Shown: positions 22,354 to 35,992 of the stretch, one piece after another | Layout: each line of letters opens with the position of its first letter | Position numbering within the stretch: position 1 is the first letter of the stretch | DNA from: Trichodelitschia bisporula | Lineage: Eukaryota | Reading direction: 5' to 3' | Assembly (NCBI GenBank): GCA_010356995.1 | Contig: ML996693.1 | Location: 868,001-932,000, forward strand | Length of the DNA stretch: 64,000 nt | Translations under genes and position numbers: made by a program | Notes under the pieces: generated by a model | What the model was told of the DNA's origin: nothing | Seen by the model: the letters and a program-made list of their open reading frames with translations, nothing else | Database searches by the model: none

Positions 22354-24770
22354 ATGCATCTAAACTCCAAACCCATCCACGAGGCTTCGGATGCAGACTC
22401 GGAGGCCTTCCCATCGGACCCACCATCACCAACGATAGCTTCCAATGACCCTAGACCCCCACCTCGTCTCAACCCGCACGAGTACTACTCCCATCACCAG
22501 TCCTTCGACGACGCTATATACCGGTGCTTCGATGAGAACATCTCCCTAATGGACATGATAGAGTCCACAGCAGCCGGCCCGCAGCACGAGCACGACCACG
22601 ACCACGACCACGACCCCTCGTGCCCTCCCGCCGCCGTGTCCTGCGGCGTGGGCCCCGCGTGCCACATCCCGTACCCGTGCGACGACGACCACTGTACGGG
22701 GGATGGGTGCGACGGGCACTGCGGCGACATGTGCGAGGAGCTCTGCGTCGAGTCCTGCGATGCTCCTGAGTCCTGCGATGCCCCCGAGCATTGCGACGCC
22801 ATTTGTGTCGATACCCACTGTACCGACGCCCATTGTCCCGACACCCACTGTAGCGATACACACTGCCCCGCTATATCGTGCGAGAGCTCATCTTGCGCCA
22901 CGAGCACCTACGTCCCGTGCTTCGATCCGGCATGCAGAGCCCCGACCCCTTCCTCTGGCGATGGCAGAAGTCCCTTCTCTGGGGAGGGTAAAAGCCTGCA
23001 GGACTGGATGTTGAACCCGGACACAACCCTGTTGAACTCGGTCGCCTTCCCAGGGTTCCCGGTGCAGAATAGCACGTGGGATTTGTATACGTTGCCATGC
23101 GGATTTCCATCCGCTCCGCACCCTGGCTCTGTGCGGGATAGAAGCTATGACGAGAACTACGCTCGCCATGTGCATAACTGTCCGCTACCGCACTCTCCTT
23201 TGCATTCTGCGTGGCGGCCGCAGGTATGGGCGCAGGCGCAGACCTCGACGCAGACACCAGTACAGGCACAGGCCCATATACCGGCGCAGATCTATACACA
23301 CACGCCAGTGCAGACCTATACACAGATGAATAGCTATATGCACATGCAAGCACACACGCAGGCAGAGGGTCAGGGCCAGAACCGGAGCCAGAACCTGAGC
23401 CAGAATCAGAGCCTGTTCGGGACGCACAGCGAGTTCTTGAGGAGGATGGGGCTCAGCCAGAACCTGATGCCGCGCGAGATCCCCTGCGACCCGATTCACG
23501 GCAGCCAGAACCAGAGGGAGGGCCAGAGCCAGGGTCATGGCCAGGGCCAGGGCCATACCCAGAGCCTGAACCAGCTGCAGAGCCAACAGCATATCCCACC
23601 GCAGCCCTTCTCGTTCGACACACGCCAGTGGCCGAACCACCTCAACTTCCACTCCACCCCCTTCTCCCAGTCCCTGTGGCCGGCGCAGATGGCACACTCG
23701 CCAAGCACCTCGCCCTACAGCAGCGCCCACCATACGCCCACCACCAGCACCCTCTCCTCTCCCGCGCAGCCCCTCACCCCTCGGACCATTTCCCACGCCC
23801 CACTCCCTTCTCCCGGCCCCGTTCTACCTGGCGCGGCGGTAAGACCACTCTCCACGCCATCGCGCCGCTCCACCGCAGTGCCCTCCCCAGCGCTCACATG
23901 CCTCTGGCGCATCGATGATGAACACGGCAGGACCAGGACGTGCTCCGCCACCTTTGATACCCCTGAGATGCTGGACAGGCATATGGACACACATAAGGAC
24001 AAGGTTGGCGGGGCGCTTGTGTGCCGCTGGGATGGGTGCGAGCGCGAGGGCAAGCCTTTTATGCACCTCGGGAAGATGCGTCGACATGTTAGGGGGATTC
24101 ATACCCGATGTAAGTTGCACCGGTTTGAGGATGAAGATCGAGGTTTTTTTTTGGGCGGGGGGGAGGGACTAATGTGCGAACAGATCATTCATATCAATGT
24201 TCCGCCTGCTCGAAGACGTTTACCACCTCTGAACAGTTGCAGAACCATGAGACAATTCATACCAGGGCGAGGCGGTTCAAGTGCCCGCATTGTGAGGATA
24301 AGAGCTTTGCGACGCGGACGCAGCTTTCTACCCATTTGAGGACGCATACGAATGAAAAGCCGTATAAGTGTCCGTGTCCGGGTTGTGAATATCGCTCCGG
24401 GGATGTGAGTACCTGTATTTTTGTTTGCGAGAGGGGGGGGTTCGGGCTAACGGACGGGGGTAGTCGTCGAACTTATCGAAGCATGTTCGGAATAAGCACA
24501 AGGATATGCGACCTAACGGACGGGGGTAGTCGGCGAATATGTCGAAGCATATTTCAAATGATCATGAGGGACGTACGGGCTAACGGATGGGGATAGTCGT
24601 CAAGTTTATCGAAGCATCGTCGGAAGCATGAGGGACGTGCGGGTTAACAGACGGGGTAGTCGTCGAACTTGTCGAAGAATATTCCCCATGAGCATGAGGG
24701 CTTGGAGAAGAAGGTGGAGCTGGTGAAGCGCCTGAAGATGGCGGGGAGAGTGCGGCTTGAGTGGTGGTGA
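22354..24770 (+). CDS. C2H2 zinc-finger transcription factor, five fingers, Cys/His/Asp-rich N-terminus (Zap1/ZafA-like architecture); 3' end ambiguous between four terminal exons
   Basis: Fingers CLW..C..H..H, CRWDGC..H..H, CSAC, CPHC, CPCPGC; HTNEKPY linker; intron 24110-24183; donor at 24405 with acceptors ending at 24463, 24529, 24596, 24659. Confidence 0.88.
24445..24700 (+). repeat. Four imperfect 63-67 bp tandem units, each branch point + TAG acceptor + zinc-finger helix coding segment
   Basis: Consensus about (G/C)CTAACGGACGGGGGTAG|TCGTCGAACTTATCGAAGCAT...CATGAGGG. Confidence 0.93.
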
Positions 24771-25412
24771 GGAGGAGGAGGAGGGTACGAGTGTATGTTG
24801 TGTGGTTGATGGGATCGTCTGTCGTGTGGTTGATGGAATTGTATATCGCAAGATTATGGGATTGTAGGTCGTATAGGAGCCGACTCGCGATGGCAGGTTG
24901 GAGGTCAAAAGGCTGATACTTATGGACAAAATTCTCTGATCTGCATAGCCTGACGGTGTTTCACGGAGTCCGATCGTGGCTCATAGCCTCGACGACAAGT
25001 ACGTACGCATCGTCATATTCAAGGAGTGATCGCACACCATACCCCGCTCCGAGGCGGTGCGCCCCACTTGTTCCCACAGCTCACCACCCCACGCGATGCT
25101 GGAACATTGACGTCGCTGTCTCACCGGCCCCGTGCCCGTATGCAGGTACCCCCGTCCCTGCGCACTACGTCATCGTCCACCACGGTTCTTGCCCCGCGGA
25201 CCTCAACTCTTGGCCCCCCCCCTCCCCCCCGCGTCTAACACTGGAGCCTGACGACGTGCGTACGGAGAGATATAAAGGTCCGACTCCCCGCTCTGAGTCT
25301 ACCATTGTAAACCAATTTCGAATCACTCCACCACCTTCACGCCTTAATCCGATCCTAAATCCTCCCCACACATACACAGACACGCATTCCAGCCTCACGA
25401 AGCACAGTAACA

Positions 25413-25775
25413 ATGCCGCTCGTCGTCCCCGGCCTCACCTCCTCCTCCTCCGCCAACTCCAAGACCGATGACTGGGCCAACAAGCTCATGGGCAAGAAAC
25501 TCGGCGACGAGACCAACGAAATAGTCCGTCCCCCCGCTTTCCCCCGCTCCACGTAAACCGCCCCTCTAACCAAACCCCCCAGACCTTCGCAAAGCAGGAC
25601 CTGCCCAAGGAAACGCGCGTTCTGAAGGGTGACTCTGCGTTCACGATGGATCACAAGCCTGAGCGGTGAGTTTGGTAGTTGAGTGCTTGGGTGGGGCAAG
25701 GCTGATGGGTGTGCGATTAGAATGAATGTGCATGTTGATGATGATGGGACGGTGCACAAGGTTACGCATGGGTAG
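25413..25775 (+). CDS. Small peptidase inhibitor I78-family protein, 3 exons
   Basis: MPLVVPGL...WANKLMGKKL / FAKQDLPKETRVL..TMDHKPER / MNVHVDDDGTVHKVTHG*; two canonical introns; TATAAA at 25271. Confidence 0.88.
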
Positions 25776-26047
25776 ATAAGCGGGCGGATCTGCGAGCTGG
25801 GATGACATGGGACCTTCCGCATGGAGATAGCGGCGCGGCGTTAGGATGAACCGTAGATTAATTTGCATGGTGTGTTTCGAGTAATGGTGCCAGCGCGGAT
25901 TGTGCCCGTATCACACCACGCCCCATGTTCGCGTCTACATCCCGCATGACGAAGACAGCACAGCTCCCGCAACTGCGTACCGTAGTATGAACACGCTGAA
26001 TTACGAATGACACCAGCAACAAACCCAACCCACACTCAACCACGAAC

Positions 26048-29000
26048 TCACACCCCCTGTCCCCCGAGCGAAAAATAATCCTCAGACCCAGCCTCGCTCC
26101 CCCTCCCCGGACTCCTCGCCGGACTCCGTCCCTCCCGAATCCCAAGCCCAACCCCATTCCCGATCCTCAGTCCCTCCGTCCTCGCAACCAGCCCCCCCGC
26201 ATCTCCCTGTCCCAGGCCACTCTGACCCGTCAACCCGACCGCCTCAAGCGCCTCCCTCAACATCCCGCCACTCTCATCCAAACTCATCAAAAACCGCGCC
26301 AACTCCCTACATAACTCCCAATCGCGCTCATCCTTCGCCCTCTTCAGCAGTCTCAACAACCTCCCCGAACTATCCGCGCTCAAATCATCGATATCCTGCA
26401 AGACCAGCAGATACCCGCCCGCCGTCTTGAGGCTTGCGCGGGCTAAAGCTTCTTCGAAGAGTTCCGAGGGGGGCGGGAGATGGGCGAATAGGGTCTGCCA
26501 AGAGCGTGCTTCGGTCTTGCGCGTGCATTGCACGACTATGTCTAGGAAGTGGGGGAAGGAGGAGAGGAAGGAGAGGACGCCGGGGAGGAGGGCGGTTTCC
26601 GGCGAGGGCGGGGTGTCGGCTTCTTCATCGAGGACGTCGTGGAGGAGGACTTCGAGGGCATGGGGAAAGTAGGGGAGGTGCTGGTAGTGGTGCGAGAGGT
26701 AGAGTGCGGACGGCGAGTTGTACTGCGAGAGGTGGTGGCGTAGGATTGGGGGGAGGAAGAGATGTGTCTGAGGAGTCAGCGACGAAAAGGGGAAGAAAAG
26801 AAGGACGCACCCGTGTGGCAAAGCGCAGAAAGGCAAAGCTAATGTCCCGGCGCTGGATCATTTCCGACTCGACACCGAACAAGATGCCCTTGTTGAGAAG
26901 AATGGACAACGGGTAGAAGTCCACATTGACGCTAACCGCAACAGGCAACTCGCGTGAAAACTCAGGCGAGGCCGATGAGAGGACGTCCTGCACGTCTGTC
27001 CAAACGCGCATGTTAGTTCCGTCAAAGTACCACAGCGAGTCGCGGAGGTCATTCTGCTGCTCGCGAAAGGGCTGCGCCGAGTCGGGTGAGGTGTATGGCT
27101 GCACGTCGTCGTCGCTGCGCAGCGCGTACCCGAAGTACGGCTGCTCGCGCATCAGGGCGTAGTACTCGACGTTTTGGGCGATTATGCGCATGTCGTAGCG
27201 CAGTTCGCCGCTTTCTTTGGTGGTGGGTTGGAGAAGGACGAGCTTCCCGTCGACGAGGAAGACGATGGTTGCGATTGCCACATCCTGAGAAGGATCGCCG
27301 TTATCTAGACCGTAAGCCAGGGTCCGGTCGGAGAAGTTATATCACATACCAAGTTGCGCTTCGGGTAATATCCAGCTCAGAGCACGAACGCGGGGCGGTG
27401 CTCTGATTATTCCGTGCAACGCGATTTGGCCAACGCGCACTAGCTTGACTGAGGCGTTGGTGACACTGATTATGTAGTGGTAGAGGTTATTGTCGTATGT
27501 ATAGACGAGGAGAGAATCCTCCCCAGACGGCGAAAGCAGGACAATGGGCGCAGAGAGCTGCTCCACATGCATCACATGGGAGTCATCAAGAGCCGACTCT
27601 CGCGAATAGACGCGAATCTTGCAAAAGTCAGCCAGTAATAGAAGAGTCAGAAAAAACCGTACCTCAAAGGCTTCATTCGACTCTACGGCTGCGATCAAGA
27701 CATGCTGATACCAGCACATGCCACCTCTAACGGTGAACTCGCTCTCCATGGCCGGATCGTCAAAGGTCTTCCACCGCCCGCTATTAACGCTGTAGTGAGC
27801 TAGCCCTCGTCGACCAGCAACGGCCACGTATCGACCATCCTTGGAGATAATGGCGCTTCTAATGGGCCACTGGTGCGCAAGATAGGTTGACGGAACCTCG
27901 ACATGATGCCACAACCCTGTCTCCGAAGAAATGGCCGTCATGTCGGGAAGATCGTAGCCGCGGTATATCATGAAACCAGAGTTTGTTTGCAACAATGATC
28001 GCGCTACGTTGGCCGATGAAAAGCATCCGGTGACGGCACTGCGGGCCATATCAATCACCCATAGCCGGTTGTCGTTTTGGCTGAGCAGCAGCAGCTGCGA
28101 CCCGCCGCCGATCCAGAAGCCGTCTTTGATACCGAGGATCCACTTCTCGTCGTTGGTTTCGGCAATAGTGCGGTCAGATGAAAAGCTAGAGCTTCCAGGC
28201 TTCCCGTAGACACTCCACGACGTCCAGCCATGCTCGTAGCCCGCTATTAAACAATATCCATCAGGAGAGTAACTGAGAAAGGTGAGATATCCAGGATTAG
28301 AGCTGGACGAAGGAGGAGCAAGCAGGTGCGACAGGGGTATGTGTCCAGAATAGTCTTTGGCACTGTACACAAAAATACTGCCATCGGCGCATCCAACAGC
28401 AATGAGCGAGAATCTGGCATTAATGGCTGCCTGTCTGGCAGCCGTGCCTTCGGACTCCGGGACGTGAAATCCGTAGCCTTTGAAGGACTTTTTGGTAGCT
28501 GCCTCAGGGGTGGCTGAAACAAAGGTCCGCTGCACGGCATAGGCCCTCCCATCGCTGGTGATCCATGCGGAGATGTTCATGGGCCGGTCATGTACCATTT
28601 GGACAACCGGCCCCTTCTTTGCGATCCAGGGCAGGCTCTTAACCAGCTCGGTGCTCGTCTGCGAATCGGTGTTGTTTGGTGACCATCGGATGCATTGTAT
28701 CGCGGCCGGTTTGTCCGTGGCGACTACGAGCTCCTCATCCAGGGCAAGGGCTTGGGACACTCCGGCATCGATTTTGATGACCATACGGAACCGTATGCTA
28801 ATCTCTCGCACCCCGTGTCCTTCGCCGGGTCCCCAATGTGGGTCGATGCCAGGTCGAAGAGCATGTCCGCTGAGGCTCTTGTGTCGCGCATGACCGCTGC
28901 TACTTTCAGGGTATACGGGCTGATAGATAAGGGCTGACGGGTCCGTGGCCAGAGAGTAGGTTATGAGGAATCCGAGAGAGGTTTGGACGACGACGATGGC

Positions 29001-29506
29001 CGAGTCTGGCCGGAAGAGAACGTTGACGTTAGGTCCGTACGAGCTGACGGAGCTGGCAGACCGTATCAGCGATGCTACCGCAGCTGTCGGCTGTAATATC
29101 CTCAGTACGCGCCAGCCGTCAGTAGCGGGAGCCTTACCTTCGTCTGCCAGATGGTGAGTGTCGACCGTGTAATCGTCGCGAAAATGTGTCCATTCCGCGC
29201 GACCCTCAGCCCAACGATCTCTCCCCCAAGCGCAGTCTCCGGATCCTCTTCAGCCCCATCCCTTTCCCCTCCTTTCCTGCCATTTCCCACTCCTTTGTCT
29301 TCAAGCTCGTCACTAGTTCGCGTCTCGCCATCTTCGCTGTCCTCTCCGCCATCGCGGTCGCGGGTATTCGTGCCATTGGTGTCCGCATCCGCCGGAGGCG
29401 CTTTCACCAACACGGGCGTCTCGTCGGGCTGTTCCCCAGACTGCGCGGCGGAGAGCTGGTGCCGGGTGGCAGCATAAATGCGCGGCGCCCCAATCGGCCA
29501 GTACAT
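26048..29506 (-). CDS. RIC1: Ric1, subunit of the Ric1-Rgp1 Ypt6/Rab6 GEF, multi-exon
   Basis: MYWPIGAPRIYA start; AVAGRRGLAHYS..SGRWK, DFYPLSILL.KGI, YFPHALEVLLH, VVQCTRKTE, WELCRELARFL. Confidence 0.95.
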
Positions 29507-30101
29507 GGCTCAGCGCGGTGATGCTTGTCCGCATTTGCACAGCGACATGCCAGTTGCGATGTTGTGGGCGCGGGGGGGCAGGGCGGGCGGCAGGCGTGCA
29601 AGTTTTGGCGGGTTGCTTTCTAGCTGGAGGGTGCAGAGAGGCTATGATGTCTCGATCGGCGCTCGAGTGGTTGTTTGACGTGTGGTGTTGAGCCGAACAC
29701 CTGCAGGCCAAGAGGAGCGAGCCGTGGTGACGGGCAGCCGGTTCAAGCTGGTCCGGGGGGCTGTTTCCCGCACGGGCTCTTTGGCAACCCGAGCGAATGC
29801 ACCTGCCTGAAATTGACAGCGACATATCAGCACAACGGGAGCTCCTTCCATCTGAACTTTTCATGCTTGCATTTACATCTCAAATTCACGCATAAGAGCA
29901 ACTGTATCCGCCCGTATCCACTATTTAGCACCAAGAAAGATTTGAACTCCGTTCCGCGCCCGTGTCGTAGAATGTTACACCCGAAGCCGAAGCCCTTGAC
30001 GCCGAAACCCCATGCCACCAATGTACCACAAGACTGCCATCAAACGAAGTAAAGTACAGATTTTCACTAGCTACTCCAACGCCATTCTGCACACATTTCG
30101 C

Positions 30102-33100
30102 TCAGGATTCCATCGCATCATCTCCATTCTCCTGCCCGATGATACCAATCAATTTGGCGTAAGGAACGGTGAGGCGATGCATGTCGCGATGCTTGCCTGG
30201 GTCGAGTTAGCGGCTGCTTCAAAGATAATTAGGACTATCTTACCAAGGATTAGGAGCACATCTTTGAGCAGATCAGCCCGATTCCACCCCAGGATGTCGC
30301 CGCCTGGCGCAAACCAGCCCTTCCCATCATCCTCTGAGGCAGTCGTTGACTCGTCCTCGTCCGTCAAGAGTTTACCAAGCAGGGTACGGAGCAGCTCCTC
30401 AGTCTTGAGTTTTAGACCCTCTGCGCCCAGACGCTTGGCGTACATGAGGAGATACACGCGGAACTCCTCTTTAGCACCAAGGGCCAGGGCCGCTGCGACT
30501 CGGTTTTCAAGGTGCGCAACCGAGACGTTCGCCTCGAAGCCCTCGAAGCCTTCGGCCACAAGAAGCGCCTTGACGAGGCGTTGCAGATAGTAAGCCCGAC
30601 CCTTGAGCATAATGTTCTGTGTCGTGTTGCGCTCGAGAAGCGGGATGATGCCAGCAGAGACGTTCTCGGGTGCCACCTCGTCGTTCCCAACCACAGCATT
30701 AGACTGATTGGCTGCAGTGACTTTGCCCACTGATGAGTCTGTAGTATTCCAGTACTGGCTGCCGACGGCCCACCACGGTTCAGTGAACCGCTGCCAGGCG
30801 TACATCTCCGGCGAGTAGGAGTAGCCGTGTCCATTAGACATGGCGACGATAACCCGACCACGAGAATTAAGGCGCGCAAAAACAATACTAGGGCCCCCGG
30901 TAAGGTGAGGTCCTTGGTACTGGCTGGCGACGTCCAAGATTGCGGCAACAGAAACGGGCGGGTGAGGGGCGGATTGGGTCTTGATGTTCCAGATGTGGAC
31001 CTGACCAACAGCGCTGATACACATCAGCCACCAGCCCCGGCAGTCAAGAATGACAGGCTGCGCATCCAGTATCATCGGGCTCAAGAGTCTCCGACCAGCA
31101 GGCGTCCACACATAGACGGATCCATCTTCACCAGCCGCAGCCCAAAAGTTGGCATTGCCAGTCAACAAGAGCACCGGCTTGGGGACGTAGTCCTGCCAGA
31201 GCGTCTGGCTACGCCGAGTGCACGTGAGACGCGTCGGGTCCCTATCCTGAGCGCGCCCTGTTCTCGACGGTCCAGTCCCGTTCTTCGCCTCCAAAGACAC
31301 CGTGCTGTCGCCATCTGCTCCGGAATCGGCTTGCTTCGACGGTTCATTTCCGATTGTGCGGATGATGACGCTGCGCAGGGTTGGCACACCGAGCCTAATG
31401 CGGCTCACCGTCAACGCTGGGTTGACGATGACGGGCTGCAGAGGCTCAGGAACTCCCGGCTGGGATTCACGAGCGACGTGGTTGGCAGGAAGTAAACCTT
31501 CGGCAGTGTTGAGCAGGACCGCTGGCGAGCCATTGAGTGCGTTGGTTGCGAGCCTCTTTTCAATACGCCGCTCTTCATCACCCTCCACTTCGGCAAATTT
31601 CCTCTTCGTGTTGAATACCAGGCTGCCTAGGCCGCCTTTCGGAAGTCCGTCATACGGCTTGCTGACATCAAGTATCGAGTTGGGTGCATCGTTCGGGAGA
31701 CGAGACTGCGAAGTTGCAGCAAGCAACTGGGCTTGCGGTAGGGTCGATTCGGTTCCGGAGGTCGAAATCAGGAGAGGCTTCAGGCGCTTCTTGCCGTTCA
31801 CGATCTCGACACGCTGTTTGAGTTGCTGGACCTTAGGATCAGCTTGAGGTTGTGCTGCTGTAGTTCCGTTTGTTGAGTTGCCGTTGCTCGCTTGGTTGCC
31901 ATTTACCACACTCGAGGACGCGGCTCCGTTGGCTTTCGGCGCAGAGCCGTTTGCGTTACTCATTGGAGCGGGTACCAAGGCACCGTCCCCCATCAGTTCA
32001 CCCATACGACCCTGTGCAGCACGCTGTTCATCCGCTTTACTCAATTCCTCCAGATGTCCTGCGTATATTCCCTCGATGACCCCTGCCTTCCGACCTGTGC
32101 CAAATTTGGTCAGAGTCTTCTCATTCTCCTGCAATGGGGCTGCGTAGCCTAATTCTCCTGGCTGGAAGTATACGGCCATAATGCCTCCGTCTAGGCAGCT
32201 CAGATAAAGTGTCTCACCGTCTGGACCCCATGATAGATCGGATATCGGTTTGGTCGCCAATTCTTGGGTGACTACAAACGGTCGCGCATAGCTAGTGTTC
32301 CAGACGCTCAAAGTCTTGTCCTGGCCAGCACATGCGATGGCTGTGACTGAGGGTAACAGTGAGGTACCATTTGCGTCCATGTATTTGTCCGAAGGCGGCT
32401 CCCGGTAGAACATCCGAGGGGAGAATGCGCAGACTTCCACAGGACCCTCGTGTCCGATCAGGTTGATATCGCTGTCCCAGCTGCCGCGGTTGATGATGGC
32501 CACGGAGCTTACGGGCCCGTTCACAGCGTTGGCCGCCGCAATGTGGTTGCCGTCGGGAGACCATGAGCATCGCCGAAAGTACGTGGTCAGAGGCGAGTTG
32601 GTGAAGGGACCCGTGATGTTGCATTCCAGAACAAAGTTGTTGACCTGGTCGTTAGCAGTGGCGTTGGGCGGAGGGGACGTGAATCGGAAGACTTTGATGG
32701 ACCGGTCATCACTAGCCGTCGCAAAGTACTTGTTGGCCGGGTCAAATGTAATTCCCTTGACATGGCTCTGGTGCTGGGATAGGGTCTTGAGCTTCTCGAA
32801 TGTGTGTCCCGACCACACCACGATCTTGGAGTCTAGACCGACGGAAACGAGAATCGATGAATCGTATGACCAGCCCAAGTCCTGCACATCGTTGTCATGC
32901 CCCACCAGGCGGCGAAGGACACGCCAGTTCTCAACCGGCGGAGGTTCATTGGAACCAAATGTATGTGAGTGGGCTGGCGGGTTCGGGTCCAATATGTACA
33001 CGCAAACGATCTTGTCGTCGGCGCCCGACGCGAGGTACTTGTTGCTGCCTGAGAAGCGTACGGTGTGGATGGTCCCCGAGTGCGTGCTTATGGCAGCTAG

Positions 33101-33389
33101 TTGCTTAGGTTTGGTGTAATCGGGGTTTGAGGACTGGGCAATGGCCTCTGTGGACCATATGCGGATGTGGGCATCTGGGATATATCGTCAGTATGTAGGA
33201 TGGAACGTCGGGATTATCGTACCTCCAGCAGCCGTGACAAGGCGAGTTCCGTCTGGGGACACATGGCATGAATACACTTCGTGGTCGCGCAGCTCGCCTG
33301 AAGAGTGATGTTAGCACGAATGCGATCGGGGGAAGCGCGACAAGGAACAAACCTCCATGCGAAAGCCAGAGCGGCTTCACGACGTGCAT
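30102..33389 (-). CDS. HIR1: Histone chaperone/transcription regulator Hir1 (HIRA), multi-exon
   Basis: MHVVKPLWLSH, WD40 repeats (GHDNDVQDLGWS, TYFRRCSWSPDG), B-motif GKKRLKP, SVAHLENR; last exon KHRDMHRLTVPYA..MES*. Confidence 0.96.
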
Positions 33390-33720
33390 GGCTGCGAATG
33401 AGGTCGCAGCCTCTTATTAGGAAAAATAGTTGATGTCTGGGTTATGCAGCAAAGGGTTGCAGAGGATACAGCAGCGTTCGTGATGATGTTCGAGAGTTGG
33501 AAGTATGATGATAGAGTGGACGCGGTCGCGGATTCGCAACGCGGCGGTTTCGACACCAGCGCACGGTTGCCCTTAACCTTAGAACGGTCGTTCCCTGTCG
33601 GCTTGGCAACCTTACATACTCGTCGCCTTGTCTCCGCAAGTTGGTGAATGCTCCTTCCCTCACTTCCCACAGCGGATATATCCTTCATTCACTAATCACT
33701 GGGAGCATACTAAAGACACA

Positions 33721-35992
33721 ATGGGACTTTCAGACTTTGAGCGGGAGCTTGCCCAGACCAAGGATAAGGAACCCAGGCGCAAACGGGAGAGGAGTAGGAA
33801 TCGTGAACGGCGTCATCGTCGCTCTAAGGTATGCTGCCGCGCCTTGCTTCCAGGCGGAGAGCACTTCAGATGAGAGGGCAATATCTAACTACTACCCTAT
33901 AGGACGAAGAATCCAAACGCGACCACCACCGCCATTCCCACTCGCCACACCATACTCGCCACGATGAGGACGACTCACGCCACCGTCGCAAACGCTCGCG
34001 ACGCGAAGACGACGAGTCTGAGGATGCACGTCGGTCCCACCGAATAAAGAAAGAAAGCGATCGTTCCAGAACAGATCGCACGTCTAAGAGTAAGCGCGAG
34101 GAACAACCGAAGCTATCTCCTTCGCCCGAAGACGAGGAGGAATGGGTCGAGAAAGAAGCTTATACTGCTCCTCCGGGCGAGGACACCCTCGATGATGAGC
34201 TCGAAGCAATCGCCGAGAAGTCTATGCACCGCGATGCCTGGATGGAGGCACCGTCATCTTTGGATGTGGACTACGTAAACCGGCGCAAGGAGGAGAAACC
34301 TACCTCTTCACGCGCGACGCACAAGGACTACGAACTCAAGATTCACAAACTGGAGTTGAACCAACACCTCAAGGATAGTCTCGAGGGCGGTGAGGAGCCG
34401 GAAGCAAGCGCTGTGGACCCAGCAGCTCCTCGCGAAGTCAACTACGAGTTTGGCGACTCTGGAGCTCAATGGCGCATGACCAAGCTCAAGGCCGTTTTCC
34501 GCGCCGCTGAAGAAACTGGTCGTCCTGTCGAAGACATTGCCCTGGAGCGTTTCGGCGACCTGTGGGAATTTGATGCCGCTAGGGAAGAGGAGGTCGAGCT
34601 CGAACGCCGCAAGCTGTATGGGAAGAACTACGCCGGCAAGATCAAGCCCAGTGGAGAACTATTTGAGGAGCGGAGATTGCAGGAGGAGCAGCGCCGGCAG
34701 TCATCTCCGGACCGTCCGGCATCACCCCAGGCCACCTTTGCGCGGGATGACGACACCCCAAGAGCCGCACCTCTCGACCTCACCGCGCTCAATAAGCTCA
34801 AGGCGCAAATGATGAAGGCAAAGCTCAAGAAATCTCCCGATGCCGCCGCCTTGGAAGCACAGTACAATGAGGCCCTCGCTGCCTCTACGCAAAGGGGCCG
34901 GACCGATGTTGTCCTGGACCCCATGGAGAACCGTATGCTGGCGGGCGGCCGGAAAGGAGAGGTTGTGCAGCTGGAGAACAAACGGGGTCGTGAGCGCGGC
35001 CTGGTCGTCGAAAACGAAGACATGAGCATCGAGGACATGGTCCGGCAGGAGCGCCGCACCAAGGGCCAGGGCGAGGGCCTTTTGCTCGCGGAGCGCATCG
35101 CCAAAGACGGCAAGTTCGTCAACGATCTCGACTATATGGACGAGAACGCGGCGAAGTTGGCAAAGCACGTCCAAAGGTCCGAGATCAATCTGCGCAGCAT
35201 GGCCATCAGCGACTTCCATAAGATGAACCGCATCTTGGATACTTGTCCTCTGTGCCATCATGAGGACAAGGGCCTGCCGCCCACCGCGCCCATAGTTTCA
35301 CTCGCCACACGTGTGTACATGACGCTGCCTACGGAGCCGGAGATCAGTCCCGGCGGTGCATGCATCGTCCCAATCAGCCACCACATCAACCTATTAGAAT
35401 GCGACGACGACGAGTGGGAGGAGATACGGGTAAGTAACCTTCCTCCTTCTGCCTCGCCGCCCCAATCTCACGCATCCAGAACTTCATGAAGTGCCTCACG
35501 CGCATGTACCACGACCAAGGCCGCGCCGTCATCTTCTACGAAAACGCCGCCGCCCCGCAGCTCAAACACCACGCCGCACTGCAGGCCGTGCCGCTGCCCC
35601 TCAGCCTCGGCGAGACGGCCCCGGCCTTCTTCCGCGAGTCCATGCTGTCCGCCGACGAGGAGTGGTCGCAGCACAAAAAGGTCATCGACACACTGGCTAA
35701 GTCTCGTGCCGGGCTGGGCAAGTTGGCTTTCCGCCGCTCGCTGGTCAAGGAGATGCCTTACTTCCATGTGTGGTTCGAGCTTGATGGTGGCTTAGCGCAT
35801 ATTGTCGAGGATGCGAATCGCTGGCCGCGAGGTGATTTGTTCGCGCGTGAGATTATTGGCGGTATGCTCGATGTGGAGCCGGACGTGATTAAGCGCCAGG
35901 GTAGATGGAACAGGAGCGACAAGCGGGTCGAAGGATTTAAGAAGCGGTGGACAAAGTTCGACTGGACCCGGGTGCTGACGGAAGGGCAGTAG
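33721..35992 (+). CDS. CWF19: Spliceosome-associated CwfJ-domain protein Cwf19, 3 exons
   Basis: MGLSDFERELA start; GDSGAQWRMTKL, CPLCHHE, ECDDDEWEEIR/NFMKCL, ADEEWSQHKK, PYFHVWF, FDWT. Confidence 0.93.

Noticed and set aside
24445..24700. CRISPR-like repeat/spacer appearance
   Set aside because: Eukaryotic context, no cas genes, and the units are homologous along their whole length and match splice signals plus zinc-finger codons
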